A stretch of DNA of 63,174 bases, counting the filler, from Intoshia linei (lineage: Eukaryota > Animalia > Orthonectida), in the NCBI GenBank assembly GCA_001642005.1. It is 11 parts of 11 records of this genome, joined end to end, with 100 filler letters (N's around TTAATTAATTAA, not from the genome) between each part and the next. Parts side by side here need not be neighbours in the genome. Positions count along the whole stretch, not along the records: positions 1 to 10,933 come from LWCA01001276.1; positions 11,034 to 13,703 come from LWCA01002249.1; 9 more parts are not named here. One strand, given 5' to 3'. Position numbers and translations under genes: made by a program. Positions 1 to 13,257 of the stretch are shown here, piece by piece; the stretch's first letter is position 1; every line of letters starts with the position of its first letter. Under the pieces are notes generated by a model. That model had not been told where the DNA came from. It searched no databases and saw nothing but the letters and a program-made list of their open reading frames with translations.

Positions 1-659
1 AGCTATTATCACATCGGTTGTAATTATTATCATATCGATAGTGAAATGGTATAGTTTTCAGATTCAAAACTTTTATACACTATATCAGTGCTTCCTAAAG
101 GGTTCATCATAAAATTAATGTATTATTTTAGATGATTTATGTAGGTTTTATTCAGAGATAAATTTCATAAATGTAGCATAAATTATCAATTAGAAACAGT
201 TGATGTTGGTGTAATCCAGTAAAATGTTCTTTAATATTGATAGTAGAAGAAACTAGAGTCGCCAGAAAATCAACAAAAAATAATAAAAGAAATACTTATA
301 TACAAATACTTTATATAAAAGTAAAATAGTTAAAAATTTATGTCTGTTTATTTATTTGTTCCAGTTTATTAAGAAAGTAAGAGGAGTTGAGTTTTACAAT
401 TTTCGCATTCTTATAACAAATTTTGCAGACTGATGTTTTATCGCAAATTTCAATTTGAAAAATTGAGTCCGTCAAGGTTAAAACCTCTAATTGTCCTTAT
501 TTTTAAATTCAAACCCATCCTAGAATTATAAAAAATACTCATTCCAATAAAACTTTTAAATTCATCGACATTAGGATAATTTTCAATTTCAACATTATTA
601 ACACAACAAATTACTATTTTTTGTAAGAATCACAAAAGTCCTAGAATTTCATACAACAA

Positions 660-1590
660 CTAGGTTGACTGTTATGTACTACGTACAATAAGCATCTAAC
701 TCTGCGAGGGCACATTTTTATTCTACCATAAAAATAAATTCATGTTGAAAATCTAACTTAAAAACCTACTATTACCTAAACTTCATTATTATCAATCCTT
801 TAAAGGAGTGGTTCCCAAACTTGTTTAAGGTGAAACCGTCATATCACATTACCTTTTACTTTAACATTAATTATTCCATCTTAATTTTTTTTGTTAACAT
901 TTGCGTAAAGAATTTTAAAAAAAATTGTTATCCCATTTTTTTAATTTATTAGACAGAATGTGTGTATAATAATTAAAAATAAAGTAAAAACAGTCCAATC
1001 CTAAAAATTGTCATAAATAGCATAAATTCCAAAAAAATAAAATTAGTCCAATACTAAAAATTGTCATAAAGGTGTGAGTTTTGGAAATTGAAATTTATAT
1101 TATTATATGTAAAACTTGTCATAAATAACATAAATTCCAGAAAAAATAAATTATAAAAACCTAATTTATCATTTTCAATGTGATGATATATATTCAGTAC
1201 CAATTTAATAAATACTTAAAAATACCAATTGTGTAGCAATAATTAACGGAATCTTCATTTATAAACATATTTCAGGCGAATTTTACCAATATTGCAATAT
1301 TGTAATAAATATAAAAATGATAATAACAAAGTTGTATTACTTTTAATAATTGTTGTTGTAATTTTAATTTAAATTGCATACAAAATGTTTTGAAAATGAA
1401 AATTTGAAATTTAAAAATTACGTAGCAATGAAAAAAATTCCGAAGGAATGAATTATATAGATTTTCGGACCGTTTATTATTTCACATTTTTTGTTTTAAT
1501 AAAATATTTCGGAAAAAAAATATATGAATATTAAATGCTTTTTTTGACCGTGAAGTCGTCACTTATCAAATTGAATTTTTTTTTGTGCGT
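660..1590 (-). mobile_element. Non-autonomous Helitron, 3' portion (family A)
   Basis: On the minus strand it ends ...TTATTGTACGTAGTACATAACAGTCAAC-CTAG|T, a subterminal hairpin followed by CTAG. It is the reverse complement of most of 45840-47209. Confidence 0.75.
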
Positions 1591-1616
1591 TAACAGGCTA
1601 CATCAATCTATAGATC

Positions 1617-1914
1617 TAAGGGTCGGAAACCTGTTGCATCTCGAGGGCGACTTTTTTATATCTAAAAATTCTACTGGCCTCGTTTTTGAAAATTTACACA
1701 TGATACATTTAACTTTTAATTAAAGAAAAACGGTACTAGTATATTCAACAAAATAAAAAGCAGGGCAATGAAAATTCAGTATTAAAATAATTATAATGAG
1801 CCAATTTTAGTAGAAAATGTTTAAAAGTATAAAAAAAAATTTAAATAATTAATTTACATATTTACTCAAAGAGGTACCAAAATTATTTTATAGGCCACTG
1901 GTTGCCGACCCCTA
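1617..1914. mobile_element. hAT-type MITE (same family as 35022-35324)
   Basis: Ends TAAGGGTCGGAAACC...GGTTGCCGACCCCTA. The interior is the reverse complement of the copy at 35022-35324. Confidence 0.6.
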
Positions 1915-1960
1915 ATCTACAATCTATATAAAAATAAAAAACACGGCGTATAATACTTTA

Positions 1961-2118
1961 GGTATTGTGGCCAGAAAAAATACGTATTATCACTTTTAAT
2001 TTATTTGGAATAAATTTTAAACCAAAATTTTTATTTATCATAGATAAGTTGTTTTGGCTTTACATTTATTATCAAATAAACTAAAATTGATAGTAAGTAT
2101 TTTTTCTGGCCACACTAC
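1961..2118. mobile_element. Short MITE with ~45-bp imperfect TIRs
   Basis: GGTATTGTGGCCAGAAAAAATACGTATTATCA ... TGATAGTAAGTATTTTTTCTGGCCACACTAC. The internal segment recurs near 24160-24230. Confidence 0.6.
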
Positions 2119-2589
2119 TTTAGGAAGCACTACGCTTGACCATTCACTTTGACTGAAACTTCAAATTTAAGCAAAATATGCTAAATCAACGTCTTATGCA
2201 CACAGTGCCGAACTTACGATACCGATACCCTATTCGATAACCTCGACGAAATTTTTGTAAACTGGGGAACTCATTTTTCCAAATTAGAATTAAAAATAAT
2301 ATATTCCTGGATATTATTAATATTTTGAGTATTAAATTTAAAATGTCAAGTCAGTTGCCTGCGATAGATGGCTTGGGTTGTATGACCTACGCTTTTTTGA
2401 CAAAAAAATTTTACATGAAAAAATTAATTTGCAATTTTTTAAAGTTACAGAATTTTATGTTATAAGAAAAACTATCAGAAAAACTGCAATATTACCGAAA
2501 GGTAAAAATTTCAATAAAAAGGTAAACTCTCATCCATTTCAATTATTTAATGTTTATACTTATATAATTTAAAAAAATCTATTTATCTA

Positions 2590-2900
2590 TAATACTAAAA
2601 TGCTTTTTTGACCGTGAAGTCGACACTTATTCGGATTTAAATTTATGATAATGTTTATGATTTTAAAATCCGCATCAGCGTATATATTTTTTTAAATTCT
2701 CCAACTCGTTTGATTTTCAAAAGGAGAGGCAACTGGGGTTTTTGACCCGTAAGATGTGAAATTGGAATGTTGAAATTTATCTTATTATATGTCCCGGAAA
2801 AACTGTATTAAAATGTGGTCTTTAAAAAATTCCAAGAATAGTAGTTACTTTAATAAAGTGGTACACACACACAAACAAAAATCGCGTAGCATATTATAAA
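2590..2900 (-). mobile_element. Helitron family A, 5' portion
   Basis: Reverse complement of the 5' region seen at 16028-16330 and 62878-63174 (TATAATATGCTACGCGATTTTTGTTTGTGTGTG...). Confidence 0.65.
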
Positions 2901-2956
2901 AATATTTATATATAATATTATAAGTTAGGATATATAAAATTTTATTAAATATTAAC

Positions 2957-4205
2957 CTTTTTGGAGCATTTTACCCATCTCAAATAACTGCTACAGTATT
3001 TTGTAGTCCCGAGTGATGCCTTAATTTCGCGATCATCAATAAAAACCTTGTTCAAACATTTTATTGCTCTAAGCGCCGACACACTATCAACGTAAGTAAC
3101 ATATGCACTAGCGCTAGGACCCTAAATAAATGATGAATAAAAATTGTAAATACAGTAATACATCGCTTAACAAACTCCCGCGTTAACGAACAAATTAAAA
3201 AACACAAACATAAGTATTATCCTTTTACCCTCTCTTCTTAAATTCTCTCACATCAAACTTCCGCTTAACGAACAAGAATTCGGAAGGAATTTGTTCGTTA
3301 TAGTGAGGTATTACCGTATACATTTTCAGTATTATTATCCTGGTCAGAGGTTCTCACGCCTGTTTTTTTTTAACAAGATGTAAATATTTATATTATATTA
3401 ACATACCATAGTTCCAGCATATAGAGTAGAATGATTAATGGCAACTTTATGAATATGACCAAATTGTCCGAGAAATTTTTCGCCCATTAAAACCGATTCA
3501 TTTGCTAATCGTTGAGATAAACCAACAACGAAAATTAAATTTTTTTGGACCACTCTAAAAATGAAAGAATATGATAACTATAAAATTAGTGGACCAATGT
3601 TTCAAGTAGGGTAAATTTGACAAAATATTTACAAAAAGTAAAACAGAAATGATTTATTTTGTTATAAAAAAATGATTGAAAGATATTCCATCCAATACAA
3701 TAATTATATCGGACACATGTTGGTAAATACGGGACATAATGGGATAATTTCAAAATTACTAATAACTATTATTACGCTGCTCATTTTTCAATTGAAATTT
3801 TAAATTACATTAATTCAATTAATTTTAATTTTAATTGTACAATTTTAATAAATAAAAAATAATTATCAATCTTTTAATAAAAATGGGTAAATTTAGATAT
3901 CAATGAAAATATCAAGATGAAATGCCCGCATAAAAACCTAATATTTGCTAAATGTTTTCGGGATTCTGCAGCTTTATATACACGATGCAAGTCTTTTTGT
4001 TTTCGATAGGTTTTAATACGCGTAAGACTAGATTATTGTAAATAAATATCAATATACAAAATCCAAATATAAAAACATAAAAAATACTCTTCTTCTGTTA
4101 AAACTCTGGAAGAAACAGTTGACCCACTGCTGCCTTCATTTATTTTTGTAGCTTCGAAATGTTTCTAAATTCAGTAAACTTAAATCCAAATCTAAATCTT
4201 ACCAT
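2957..4205 (-). CDS. CNOT4: CCR4-NOT subunit 4 (NOT4): coiled-coil + RRM + start of CCCH finger; 3' exons not found in window; no N-terminal RING found
   Basis: Exons 4205-4203, 4164-4088, 4027-3938, 3554-3407 and 3121-2957 with GT-AG introns. They give ...ESRKHLANIRVVQKNLIFVVGLSQRLANE...GQFGHIHKVAINHST...GPSASAYVTY...IKASLGTTKYCSSYL, the hallmark NOT4 RRM sequence. Confidence 0.92.
3153..3316. mobile_element. Tigger/pogo-like MITE in CNOT4 intron
   Basis: TA|CAGTAATACATCGCTTAAC ... GTTATAGTGAGGTATTACCG|TA: imperfect TIRs with a TA target-site duplication. Confidence 0.65.
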
Positions 4206-4540
4206 GTTGAGAAAAATGTATATCTATAGAACTAAACTGCAGAAAAGTCAAAATGTCTAAATCCTTTTTCAAACTCTGTACAAATGTTTGTAATTGACTG
4301 CAATTATTTTGTCAAAGTAAAAAATGAAATATTATTGGTATTGAACAAAAATATCGCTTTAAAATTTTTTAATACAAGACCGTACTGAATGATAGAATGA
4401 AATACTGAACATTGACAATCATGAAAAACTTTTGCGACATAATTAATAAAGTAATTTAAATTTATTAAAATTTACAAATTGTGCTAGCCATGCAAATACA
4501 ATTGATGCATAAACACTAGTTGTGAAATAAATTAAACAAG

Positions 4541-5208
4541 TTAACGATTTTCGACCCATTCATTTTCTTTTCGTATCTAAAACTTGTATCAGTCATTATT
4601 AGTATTAGAGTAGTTTTATTTATAATTTAAAATCATCATCTAAAAGGTACCATGTCTTCTTCGGCTTCAGTAAGATCGTTTTTGATGTTGAAATGTTTTC
4701 TTATTTCTTCAGGTGTCCTGCCCTTTATCATGTTTGCAATAACCATACATGACACATCCAATAATCTCTTGATATCAAGATAATTTGCAGCCTGTATAAT
4801 TAAAATTTTAATTAAAAAATCAAAATTACAATTATAATTTCAAACATTGTTCCTTGGTCTAATTTGAAATATTCGTGTTCCCATGAAGTTATAACTTCTT
4901 CTTTTGGAATTCGATTACCAATTTCACTTGTAGTGGTAACGTTTTCATCGTGTCTATGGTATTCACACCATTGGATAATCTTTTTTAGAGTACTTCCAGA
5001 CACTTTTGGTAAAGGGATTGGTTCAGATTCATTGCCCTGTTCTATTCCATCATCTAGAATTTTTATATTTTTACATTATAATTTTATAAATTTTGTAAAT
5101 TTTACTTTCAGCGTCAAACATTAATTTTATCATTCCGGATTGACACGCAACGTCCAAATCCACTGTGAATTGATCGCCGTCCATACTTTGCAAAATTACT
5201 TTTCTCAT
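4541..5208 (-). CDS. SKP1: S-phase kinase-associated protein 1, complete, 4 exons
   Basis: Exons 5208-5106, 5053-4830, 4791-4651 and 4576-4541 (introns 52, 38, 74 bp). Protein: [28 protein letters not shown]...[22 protein letters not shown]...[52 protein letters not shown]...IRKENEW. Confidence 0.97.
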
Positions 5209-6149
5209 TCTGTTTATTATTATTTTGTTTCTATAGATTTAAAAAAGTTTTGTGCTTCCATGCAACTCCAGTTTTTACTTTTTATTACTTTTTGTATCAA
5301 TTTACACATTATTTCAACAATTTATTGATTAATTATTTGACACAATTAGGGTATTGTTAAGTATACTTGTGTTTTTTTGTTTTATTGCACATTGTTAGTA
5401 TTTGAAATCATAACTTTAAGTTGTTAAAATTGGTAAATTTATGAAGGTTCTTTTGAATTATTTTTTTCATTTTTTGATAATTCGTAATGCCTAAATTTAA
5501 AAATACCGACCGAGTTATTAAAATTCTTTAATTTTCTATTGATTTTAATTTATAATTTTGGAATATAGAAAAATTGTAGTACAATTGTAATAATATTTTA
5601 AAGACGTGAAATGGAACATTGATTATTTAAGAACGCCCTTTTTTATATTAGCAATTTGATTATCAGAATTTAAATTTATGTAGAAATATTTAACATTTCT
5701 GAACTAAGTAGTAATAGCTTACTATACTGCTATTTCGTGTGCTAATTAATTTGGTGTATATCTTTGCTTATAAGGAATTTTTATAATACTAAAATGAGCA
5801 ATTTATTATTTTCCAAAATAAATTGATTTACATTACTTGATATTTAAACGTTTAATAATAATTTAAATGTAGAATGTGTACAAAATGTGTATAAAAATAT
5901 ACAAAAATACAGTTACTTTGAGCGTTGTATAGTGTAAAAATACTCGTTTTACGTTTTTTGAGTAGATAAATCATAAGTAAATTCAGAACATGTATACTGC
6001 TACCCCTCTTCGGGATCGCGACGGAATTTTTGTAGACTAGGGGCCTCATTTTTTCAAATTGAGGATTAAAAAAAATTTATTCTTGAATATGGTGCCATTG
6101 GTGAGTATTATGTATTCTGTGTGTTAAATTTAATAGAGAATATTCTTAA

Positions 6150-6360
6150 ATCCAACCGTTTTAACTAAAAATCAAAATTTACCAACCCTTAAGAGAAAAA
6201 TCCTAGTTTTACCAATTCAAAAAATAAAATTCCAGTTTTTCCTTAAGGGCTAGTACAATTGGATTTTCCTTTTGGGGTTGGTAAAATTTGATTTTTCTTT
6301 TTAGGGTAGGTAAAACTAGATTTTGCTTGGATTTGTATTTAAGTAAAGATGGTTGGATTA
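6150..6360. repeat. ~30-bp degenerate minisatellite, direct copies followed by inverted copies
   Basis: Units like TTTACCAACCCTTAAGAGAAAAATCC are followed by reverse-complement units (GGGTTGGTAAAATTTGATTTTTC). Confidence 0.6.
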
Positions 6361-7487
6361 TAAATATTAAAAATGATATATATAGATAATAATCTCTATT
6401 TAATTTGCTAAATAATGATATAAAGTTTTTTATTTTTGTAACAAAAAACCCCTGCGTCTATATCTTTTTCTGTTTTCCTAACATTTTTCATACTAAAAAA
6501 ATATGGCAACATTTTTTCAACCGTAGTTGCCATGAATTTGTTATCATTTTAATGGTTGGCTCCACCAGGGGGCCTACAGAGCCTGAGGGGGGCCGCAGAT
6601 TTAAGAAAAATTTTAAAATTAAATTAGAATCGAAAGAATATATATAGAAATAGAAATCGTTAACATTAATTTGTTTTAGTATTTGATATTTAATTAATAT
6701 ATTCTTGAAATTCAGATTAATTTTGGATTATAATAAATTAAAATTTTATTAACCCTTACGAGACAATAACACGTATATAAACAAAAAAAAACAATCATAA
6801 ATTTACAATTGTTTGTATACTAGTACCTAGTAACTAGGGTGTCAACTATATTAAGGTATGATTTATAACTAAAATAAAAACAGTAATATTAATATTAAAA
6901 GATAACATTTTTTTAATTGCTGTTATAATAATATAATAAACATATTCATTATGTTGTACTAATTGATCTTCTCTAAAAATATTTGTATACTGTTAGGGGA
7001 GTCGACAATATATTTTTTTGCGAACCACTGGTCTATGTTACATAGATGATGTTACACTAATCATATTAATTAAAAAAAATCGTGTATTTTAGACAAAGTT
7101 CACGGACAAACTTTTCGTCTTTTTTAATAAAATTATATAATTTAAAAAAAAGACTTGAATTTATATGAACAGAGTCAAAATATTTTAAATGCTTCTACTT
7201 TAATATTTTTTAAATAGTATTGAAAAAAAATAATTTTGTTAAGTTAACAATACAATATATATTAGGGCTGTTCGTTGTTTATAAAAATTGATTTTTGTTG
7301 AAAATACCCTATACCACGCAAAGAGGGTACTTAAAACCCCTAAAAAATATATTTTTAGAAAAATTTAGCGTAAAAACATTACGCGGTTTACCTTTTTAAA
7401 ATTTTTGCGCGTTTCCCCCATTTTTCTTAATTGCCGCCAATAATTTTATTTTAAACATGGATACGATTAATGTACGACCCACTAAGA

Positions 7488-7875
7488 CAGTGGTTCTCAA
7501 CCCGTGTTCCGCGGAACTCAGGGGTTCCGTAAAATATAAATCCGATATTTTTCAATTTAATGTTTTTCTAAATTTCTGTTGTTTTTAATTTTAATTTTAC
7601 AAATACATTCTTTAATAAAAATTAAATATAATATCTAATATATAAAACCTCTGTAAAAAATATCAGGCCTAAATTTCTTATTGAGAAGGAAAAATACATT
7701 TCATTATTAAAAAATTTATATGTTTTCAATATAAGAAGCGTAATTTTTTAATTAAAAATCAAATTGTTTTATATATGCGACATGCGAAAAAAAATTTTTG
7801 ATCATGCTTTTAGGTGCCGCGATTTTTTGAAATTTTATAAGGGTTCCGCGCAGTAAAAAAGGTTGAGAAACACTG
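7488..7875. mobile_element. hAT (Buster/Charlie-type) MITE with intact 8-bp TSD
   Basis: CACTAAGA|CAGTGGTTCTCAACC ... GGTTGAGAAACACTG|CACTAAGA: perfect 8-bp duplication containing TA. Confidence 0.9.
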
Positions 7876-8071
7876 CACTAAGACATATACCAAATTTTGA
7901 ATAAGAAAATAAAATATTTAACCTCACAGGGCGTTTTATCTATAAAAATTCATAAATTTTTAATTAACAAAAAATTATTTTAACTGTAAAAATTTGAGTG
8001 TTATTATTAAATTCAGTTATTTACATTTTAAATACATTTTAATAAAAATAAGTAATATGAACTCTCTAGAA

Positions 8072-10770
8072 CAGTGGTTCTTAACCGGGGTGCACAGAGC
8101 TATTTTTAATTTTTTTTAATAATTAATTATTTTTCTAAATGAGTGAATTTACATAATTAATATTTTTATTATCAACAAAAAGATTAGATATAAGACATAA
8201 TTTCATCTTGTTAATACTTATTAAGACTCAGAAAATAGACGAATTAAGTAGTAGCGGAAAACTTTTACATAACAATTGACAATTTATTAACAATTAATAA
8301 TTAACGCTCATTGAATTTATTTACAATCATTAATAATCAAATTAATTTTATATTTTCGACTTTTTTAAGGTATACAAATTATGTATTTTAATATATAAAT
8401 TATCATAGAGTTTTTAACAATTTCTAAGGATGTCTAAAAAAAGACAATGAAATAACAATTACGTAGAATTTAATTTTACCTGTCGTAATGATGCAGATGA
8501 AACCGAAAAACCTTAATGCATTTACTTTTCGGCGTTTTATGCAATAATAGCATAAAGCCAAACTTCCTACATAATCATAATAATATAAAATACTCAAACC
8601 TAACTGACAGTGTTGAAGTTATTGCTCGAAAAAGAACTAGGTGTAACAGTTGACAATTTATCATTTCTTCTCAATGTAACAAAATTGTAGAGGCATAATA
8701 TCTGTTGCTTACCCGTTTTCTAAACAAAAAAGCATCATACCATCGTAAACGTCGATCGAACCCTGTACTTTTAACATTGCAGAACTTCTTGGCGAAAAAC
8801 AAAAAGGGACACTTAAATCAATTCCTTCGTAAAAAAATTAAAAATTTAGCAGAAGTTATCAAACTTCAAGTTATGGATGAACTTCGAAAAAGCCTAGTAA
8901 AATTTAGTTTACAATTGGACGAATCTACTGATGTGTTTGCAAGATATATTGTGAATGATAACATTAAGGAGGAATATCTGTTTTGTGAGTCATTAAATAA
9001 AACTACAAGAGATGTATTCGAAATAAATTATATATTAATACATTAAAANATTTGTATTTTAATATTTTAAACAGTTGACGATGCAAGACCATACTTTTCA
9101 AAAACAAATTTTTGTTGGTGTATTTTGATATCATCCAAAATTTGTTTTTTTGTTGTAGAGAAAATGATTTTCTAATTTTCATTTTTATTATTGTCAGTGT
9201 ATCGTTTAAAATCAAATTAAATGAATTGTTTATTTTGAATTAATAATAATGAAACAAGAATAATCCGTGTCTGATTGATGTCTAACTAACAGGATTTAGG
9301 TAAATAGGATTACATAGTTTAATTTAATTAATATTAATCAGAATCAAAGTATTCATTTTTTGGTTAATATATAAATTAACATAGAGTTTTTAACCTTTTC
9401 TAAGGATGTCTAAAAGAAGACAATGAAATAACAATTACGTAGAATTTGATTTTACCTGTCGTAATGATGCAGATGAAACCGAAAAACCTCAGTGCATTTA
9501 CTCGTCGGCAGTTTATGCAATAATAGCATAAAGCCAAACCTCCTACATAATCATAAGAATATAAAATACTCAAACCTCAGTGTTGAAGTTATCGCTCGAA
9601 AAAGAACTAGGTAGAACAGTTAAATATTTATCATTTCTTCTCAATGTAACAAAATTGTAGAGGCATAATATTATGTTGCTTATCCGTTTTCTAAACAAAA
9701 AAAGCAACATACCATCGTAAACGTTGATCAAATCCTTTACTCTTAACATTACAGAACTTTTTAACGAAAACAAAAAGGGACACTTAAATCAATTCCTTTG
9801 TACAAAGATTAAAAATTTAGCACAAGTTATTGAACTTCAAAAAAACCTAGTAAAATTTAATTTACAATTGGACGAATCTACTGATGTGTTTGCAAAATAT
9901 ATTGTGAATGATAACATTAATGAGGAATATCTGTTTTGTGAGTCATTAAATAAAACTACAAGAGATGTATTCGAAATAAATTATATATTAATACATCAAA
10001 ATATATATAAAATTTTTTATTGGCCCCCAAATAGAATAAAATTTACATAGTCCTTTGGCAAATATATTATATATGACTGATAGTTTTAAATGTGATATTT
10101 GGTGGTTTTTGGTGTAGTATGCTTAATATCTATCGATTTGTTACTGAAATTGTTCTATGTATACTTGAATAGTCTATTTTTGATTAATGAATTTGGTAAT
10201 ATGACCAGGGCTACTACATTTTCCGATATTTGTCAATGAAAAATAGATAATATACATGTATCTACTGGATATTACAGTAATACTTACAAAGATTTTAGTG
10301 TATATGATAGTTGACACTTTTTCATTTTTATATTGGTTTGAAATAAGTACAGACAGGGTCGTGGAGAGGGTCATATGTCCCGTGTCTATAATCATGAGGG
10401 CCTACTTTTTAGTTTATTAATAGGTATTGATAAAAAATTTCTTAATTATATCATAATTTCAATAATCAATGCGATTTCCAATGGTTATTTTTAATTTTTA
10501 GATAATGAACCTTCGATTAATTAATGTATAGAGGTCCATTTTTTATAAGGGCCTATACTTTCCATCGAGTCCGGGCCTACTGCTGGATCTCCACGACCAT
10601 TATTATGATCAAATCAGTTTTAATTTTTAAATTGTATCCGTTTAATTTAAGTAACTAGTTAACACTTTATTTATAATTAATATTGTATTAATTAATTATT
10701 AATCAGGGGTGCACAGTCATTAAGATCAATATTTGGGGGTGAATAGGTCGAAAAAGGTTAAGAACCACTG
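8072..10770 (+). mobile_element. Defective Buster/Charlie-type hAT transposon with internally duplicated transposase remnant
   Basis: TIRs CAGTGGTTCTTAACC...GGTTAAGAACCACTG. Degenerate transposase (MSKKRQ*NNNYVEF..., FSLQLDESTDVFARYIVNDNIKEEYLFCESL) is present twice, at ~8400-9045 and ~9370-9995. Confidence 0.85.
10352..10600. mobile_element. MITE nested in the hAT element
   Basis: Ends GGTCGTGGAGA...TCTCCACGACC. A related end (CAGAGCCGTGGATAGGG...CAATCATGAGGG) lies at ~53106. Confidence 0.55.
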
Positions 10771-10933
10771 CCCTAGGCGAATCTTGTTCAATATCAAAGA
10801 TGTAAGTGATAGATATATAATTATGTTTATTTAATTTATATTTAGTTTTATATTATATTATATTTAGTTATTTAAGTTATTAATTAATTGAAATATGTAA
10901 TAAAAACTTTATTTGACATGTAAAACATGTCAC

Positions 10934-11033
10934 NNNNNNNNNNNNNNNNNNNNNNNNNNNNNNNNNNNNNNNNNNNNTTAATTAATTAANNNNNNNNNNN
11001 NNNNNNNNNNNNNNNNNNNNNNNNNNNNNNNNN
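10934..11033. other. Artificial 100-bp contig spacer N44-TTAATTAATTAA-N44 (also at 13704, 16799, 24427, 35776, 43487, 55135, 56334, 58494, 60660)
   Basis: The same PacI-like palindrome, which gives stops in all six frames, sits in the middle of Ns ten times. Confidence 0.95.
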
Positions 11034-11094
11034 AAGTACATATATTTATACAAATTCAAATTTTATGTAAAAATACATTTTAAAACAAGTTAAG

Positions 11095-13257
11095 TTAAAA
11101 TAAAATTCTCATTCCAAAGTTTATATCGTACAGTACTATTGGGTAGTATCTGTAAAATTGAATTAATTTATTTTAATTACTTTAAAATTACTTTTCTTCG
11201 AAATGGTTTTCTCTTATACAGTTTAAAATAGATTTTACAGTAGTTTGGTGTTTTGTGTCTCTAAAATGGTAATTATTTGTTTGAATACAAGTTAAATGAA
11301 CATTAAAATTATCTATGTAAATTTTTTAGATATTAATGATTAATGGTGACATTCCATTTCTGTTTAAAAACTTTTCGACAAGTTCCATTGTTTGGATATT
11401 TTACTTTTTATTGTACTTTAGAAAATACATTTTTGATAAAATAAAGCATTTCAAATACAATATAATATAATGATAATTACAAGGATGAGTATATATCTTT
11501 ACAATTTTCTTCAAATTCTGAGTTTGTCGTAAAAAACTAAACAGATTTAAATGTAATTTAAACAATTTGTACATTCAACTTTGAGAATATGTAGTAAAAG
11601 ATTTCACTGTCCAAGTCAACAGCTATAACGCAAAGTTTAATGTTTTTATTGAAAATTGGTAAATATTTTTCAATTTGGTTGACAATCTAAAAATTAAAAG
11701 TTAAATTTTCAAAATGTGTTCATAATTATGATGCAGGAAATGACCAAATCTTATCACGGACATGTAAAAAGATTATCCGTAGACAGGATTGAGTTCCAGA
11801 TATCTGGAACACTAACATGTATTGCATTAAAAAATGTATACAAAACGACCTCTAAATCTGTGTTTTTTAAAAATAAATTACCATTCTTTTCCATTTCTTA
11901 ATATTACAAACAGAGGTGCGATTTGAAGATATTTGAGTAAAGGTAATAGATATTGGTACATTTTGTTTAGAAGCAACTATTTTAGTATTTAAATCTTCTT
12001 CGTTTGTTTTTCTACCTTTGGTCCTTATACTAAAATACATTTGTATATTAGTAATTACATCAGTGGTTCCCCATTGGGGTCCAAAACTATATGCTTTGGT
12101 CTGTGAGATTCAAATAAAATATTAAAAAAAATTTANNNNNNNNNNNNNNNNNNNNNACATTTGTATATTAGTAATTACATCAGTGGTTCCCCATTGGGGT
12201 TCAAAACTATATGCTTTGGTCTGTGAGATTCAAATAAAATATTAAAAAAAATTTATCTACTTTTTTTTAATTTTAAAATATTTAATATTTATTAATTTCC
12301 AGATATTGTCAATTTATCTTAAAGCCTGGGTGACTGCTACAATGTTATTTCAAAAATTCCACTATTAATCCCACCGTTAATAAAAAATATCATTTACAAA
12401 ATCCTCAGAGAAAAATCGACTTTTACCGATATTTTTTTTAAAAATCCGATTTTACCAAATCTAATGAGCAACAACTTCTTCATCCAAAATTCAAAATAAA
12501 AAATCAAGTTTACCAACCCAACTTAAGGGAAATACCCGATTTTACCATATCTTAAAAGCAACAACTTCGTAATCCAAACTCAAAATATTAAATCTAATTT
12601 TATCAACCTAAATTAAAAATAAAATCATTTTTTTTTAATATTCTTTTGAAAAGCTCGATTTTACCAANNNNNNNNAATCCTCAGAGAAAAATCGACTTTT
12701 ACCGATATTTTTTTGAAAAATCCGATTTTACCAAATCTAATGAGCAACAACTTCTTCATCCAAAACTCAAAATATTAAATCGAATTATATCAACCTAAAT
12801 TAAAAATAAAATCATTTTTTTTAAATATTCTTTTGAAAAGCTCGATTTTACCAAATCTTATGAAAAAAAAGTTTTAATTTTTTCATAAATGTTAAATAAT
12901 TCATGTTTCCTTTGTGGTAACAAAAAAATAAATATTATAAAATGGGGTCGTACACTATTTGAATCGGGAACCACTGATTTACAAAATCAAACATTGTTAA
13001 AATTGAAATGATATAAATACCCATTTAATTCGTTGGTAATTATGTTTTCTCCTTTAGTTTTCATAAATTCTATGAGTTCTCCACTTGACATACTTTTTTC
13101 GACAATTTTGTCTTTTTCTGTATAACGCAGCTAAATGGTTAAGCATAATAATAACTACAATTACCGTATATTTAAGAAGGTCGTTTTTAGTAGTTTTCAA
13201 AATAACAATATATGGAATGTTGTATTGAGAACAATAATGTTGGATATCATTCATAGG
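11095..13257 (-). CDS. EIF2AK4: eIF2-alpha kinase GCN2, C-terminal exons (anticodon-binding and C-terminal domains); 5' part absent from this contig
   Basis: About 7 GT-AG exons splice to PMNDIQHYCSQYNIPYIVIL...LRYTEKDKIVEKSM...CVIAVDLDSEIF...YPIVLYDINFGMRILF*. This matches the metazoan GCN2 C-terminus (QEYCRHHEI, ILAVDLP, terminal RILF). Confidence 0.8.
12061..12976. mobile_element. hAT-type MITE in a GCN2 intron carrying the ~30-bp minisatellite
   Basis: Ends CAGTGGTTCCC...GGGAACCACTG with flanks AATTACAT/ATTTACAA. Sequence is duplicated across small N gaps (assembly overlap). Confidence 0.65.

Noticed and set aside
1535-2572. Short ORFs in 1535-1723 and 2378-2572, and similar AT-rich ORFs elsewhere (e.g. 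14971, 49749, 50791, 61348)
   Set aside because: They overlap repeats or low-complexity AT-rich DNA, are rich in F/L/I/K/N, and have no recognisable domain.
12038-12860. Direct duplications at 12038-12135/12158-12255 and 12398-12667/12677-12855
   Set aside because: They are near-identical copies flanking small N gaps, typical of unmerged contig overlaps.
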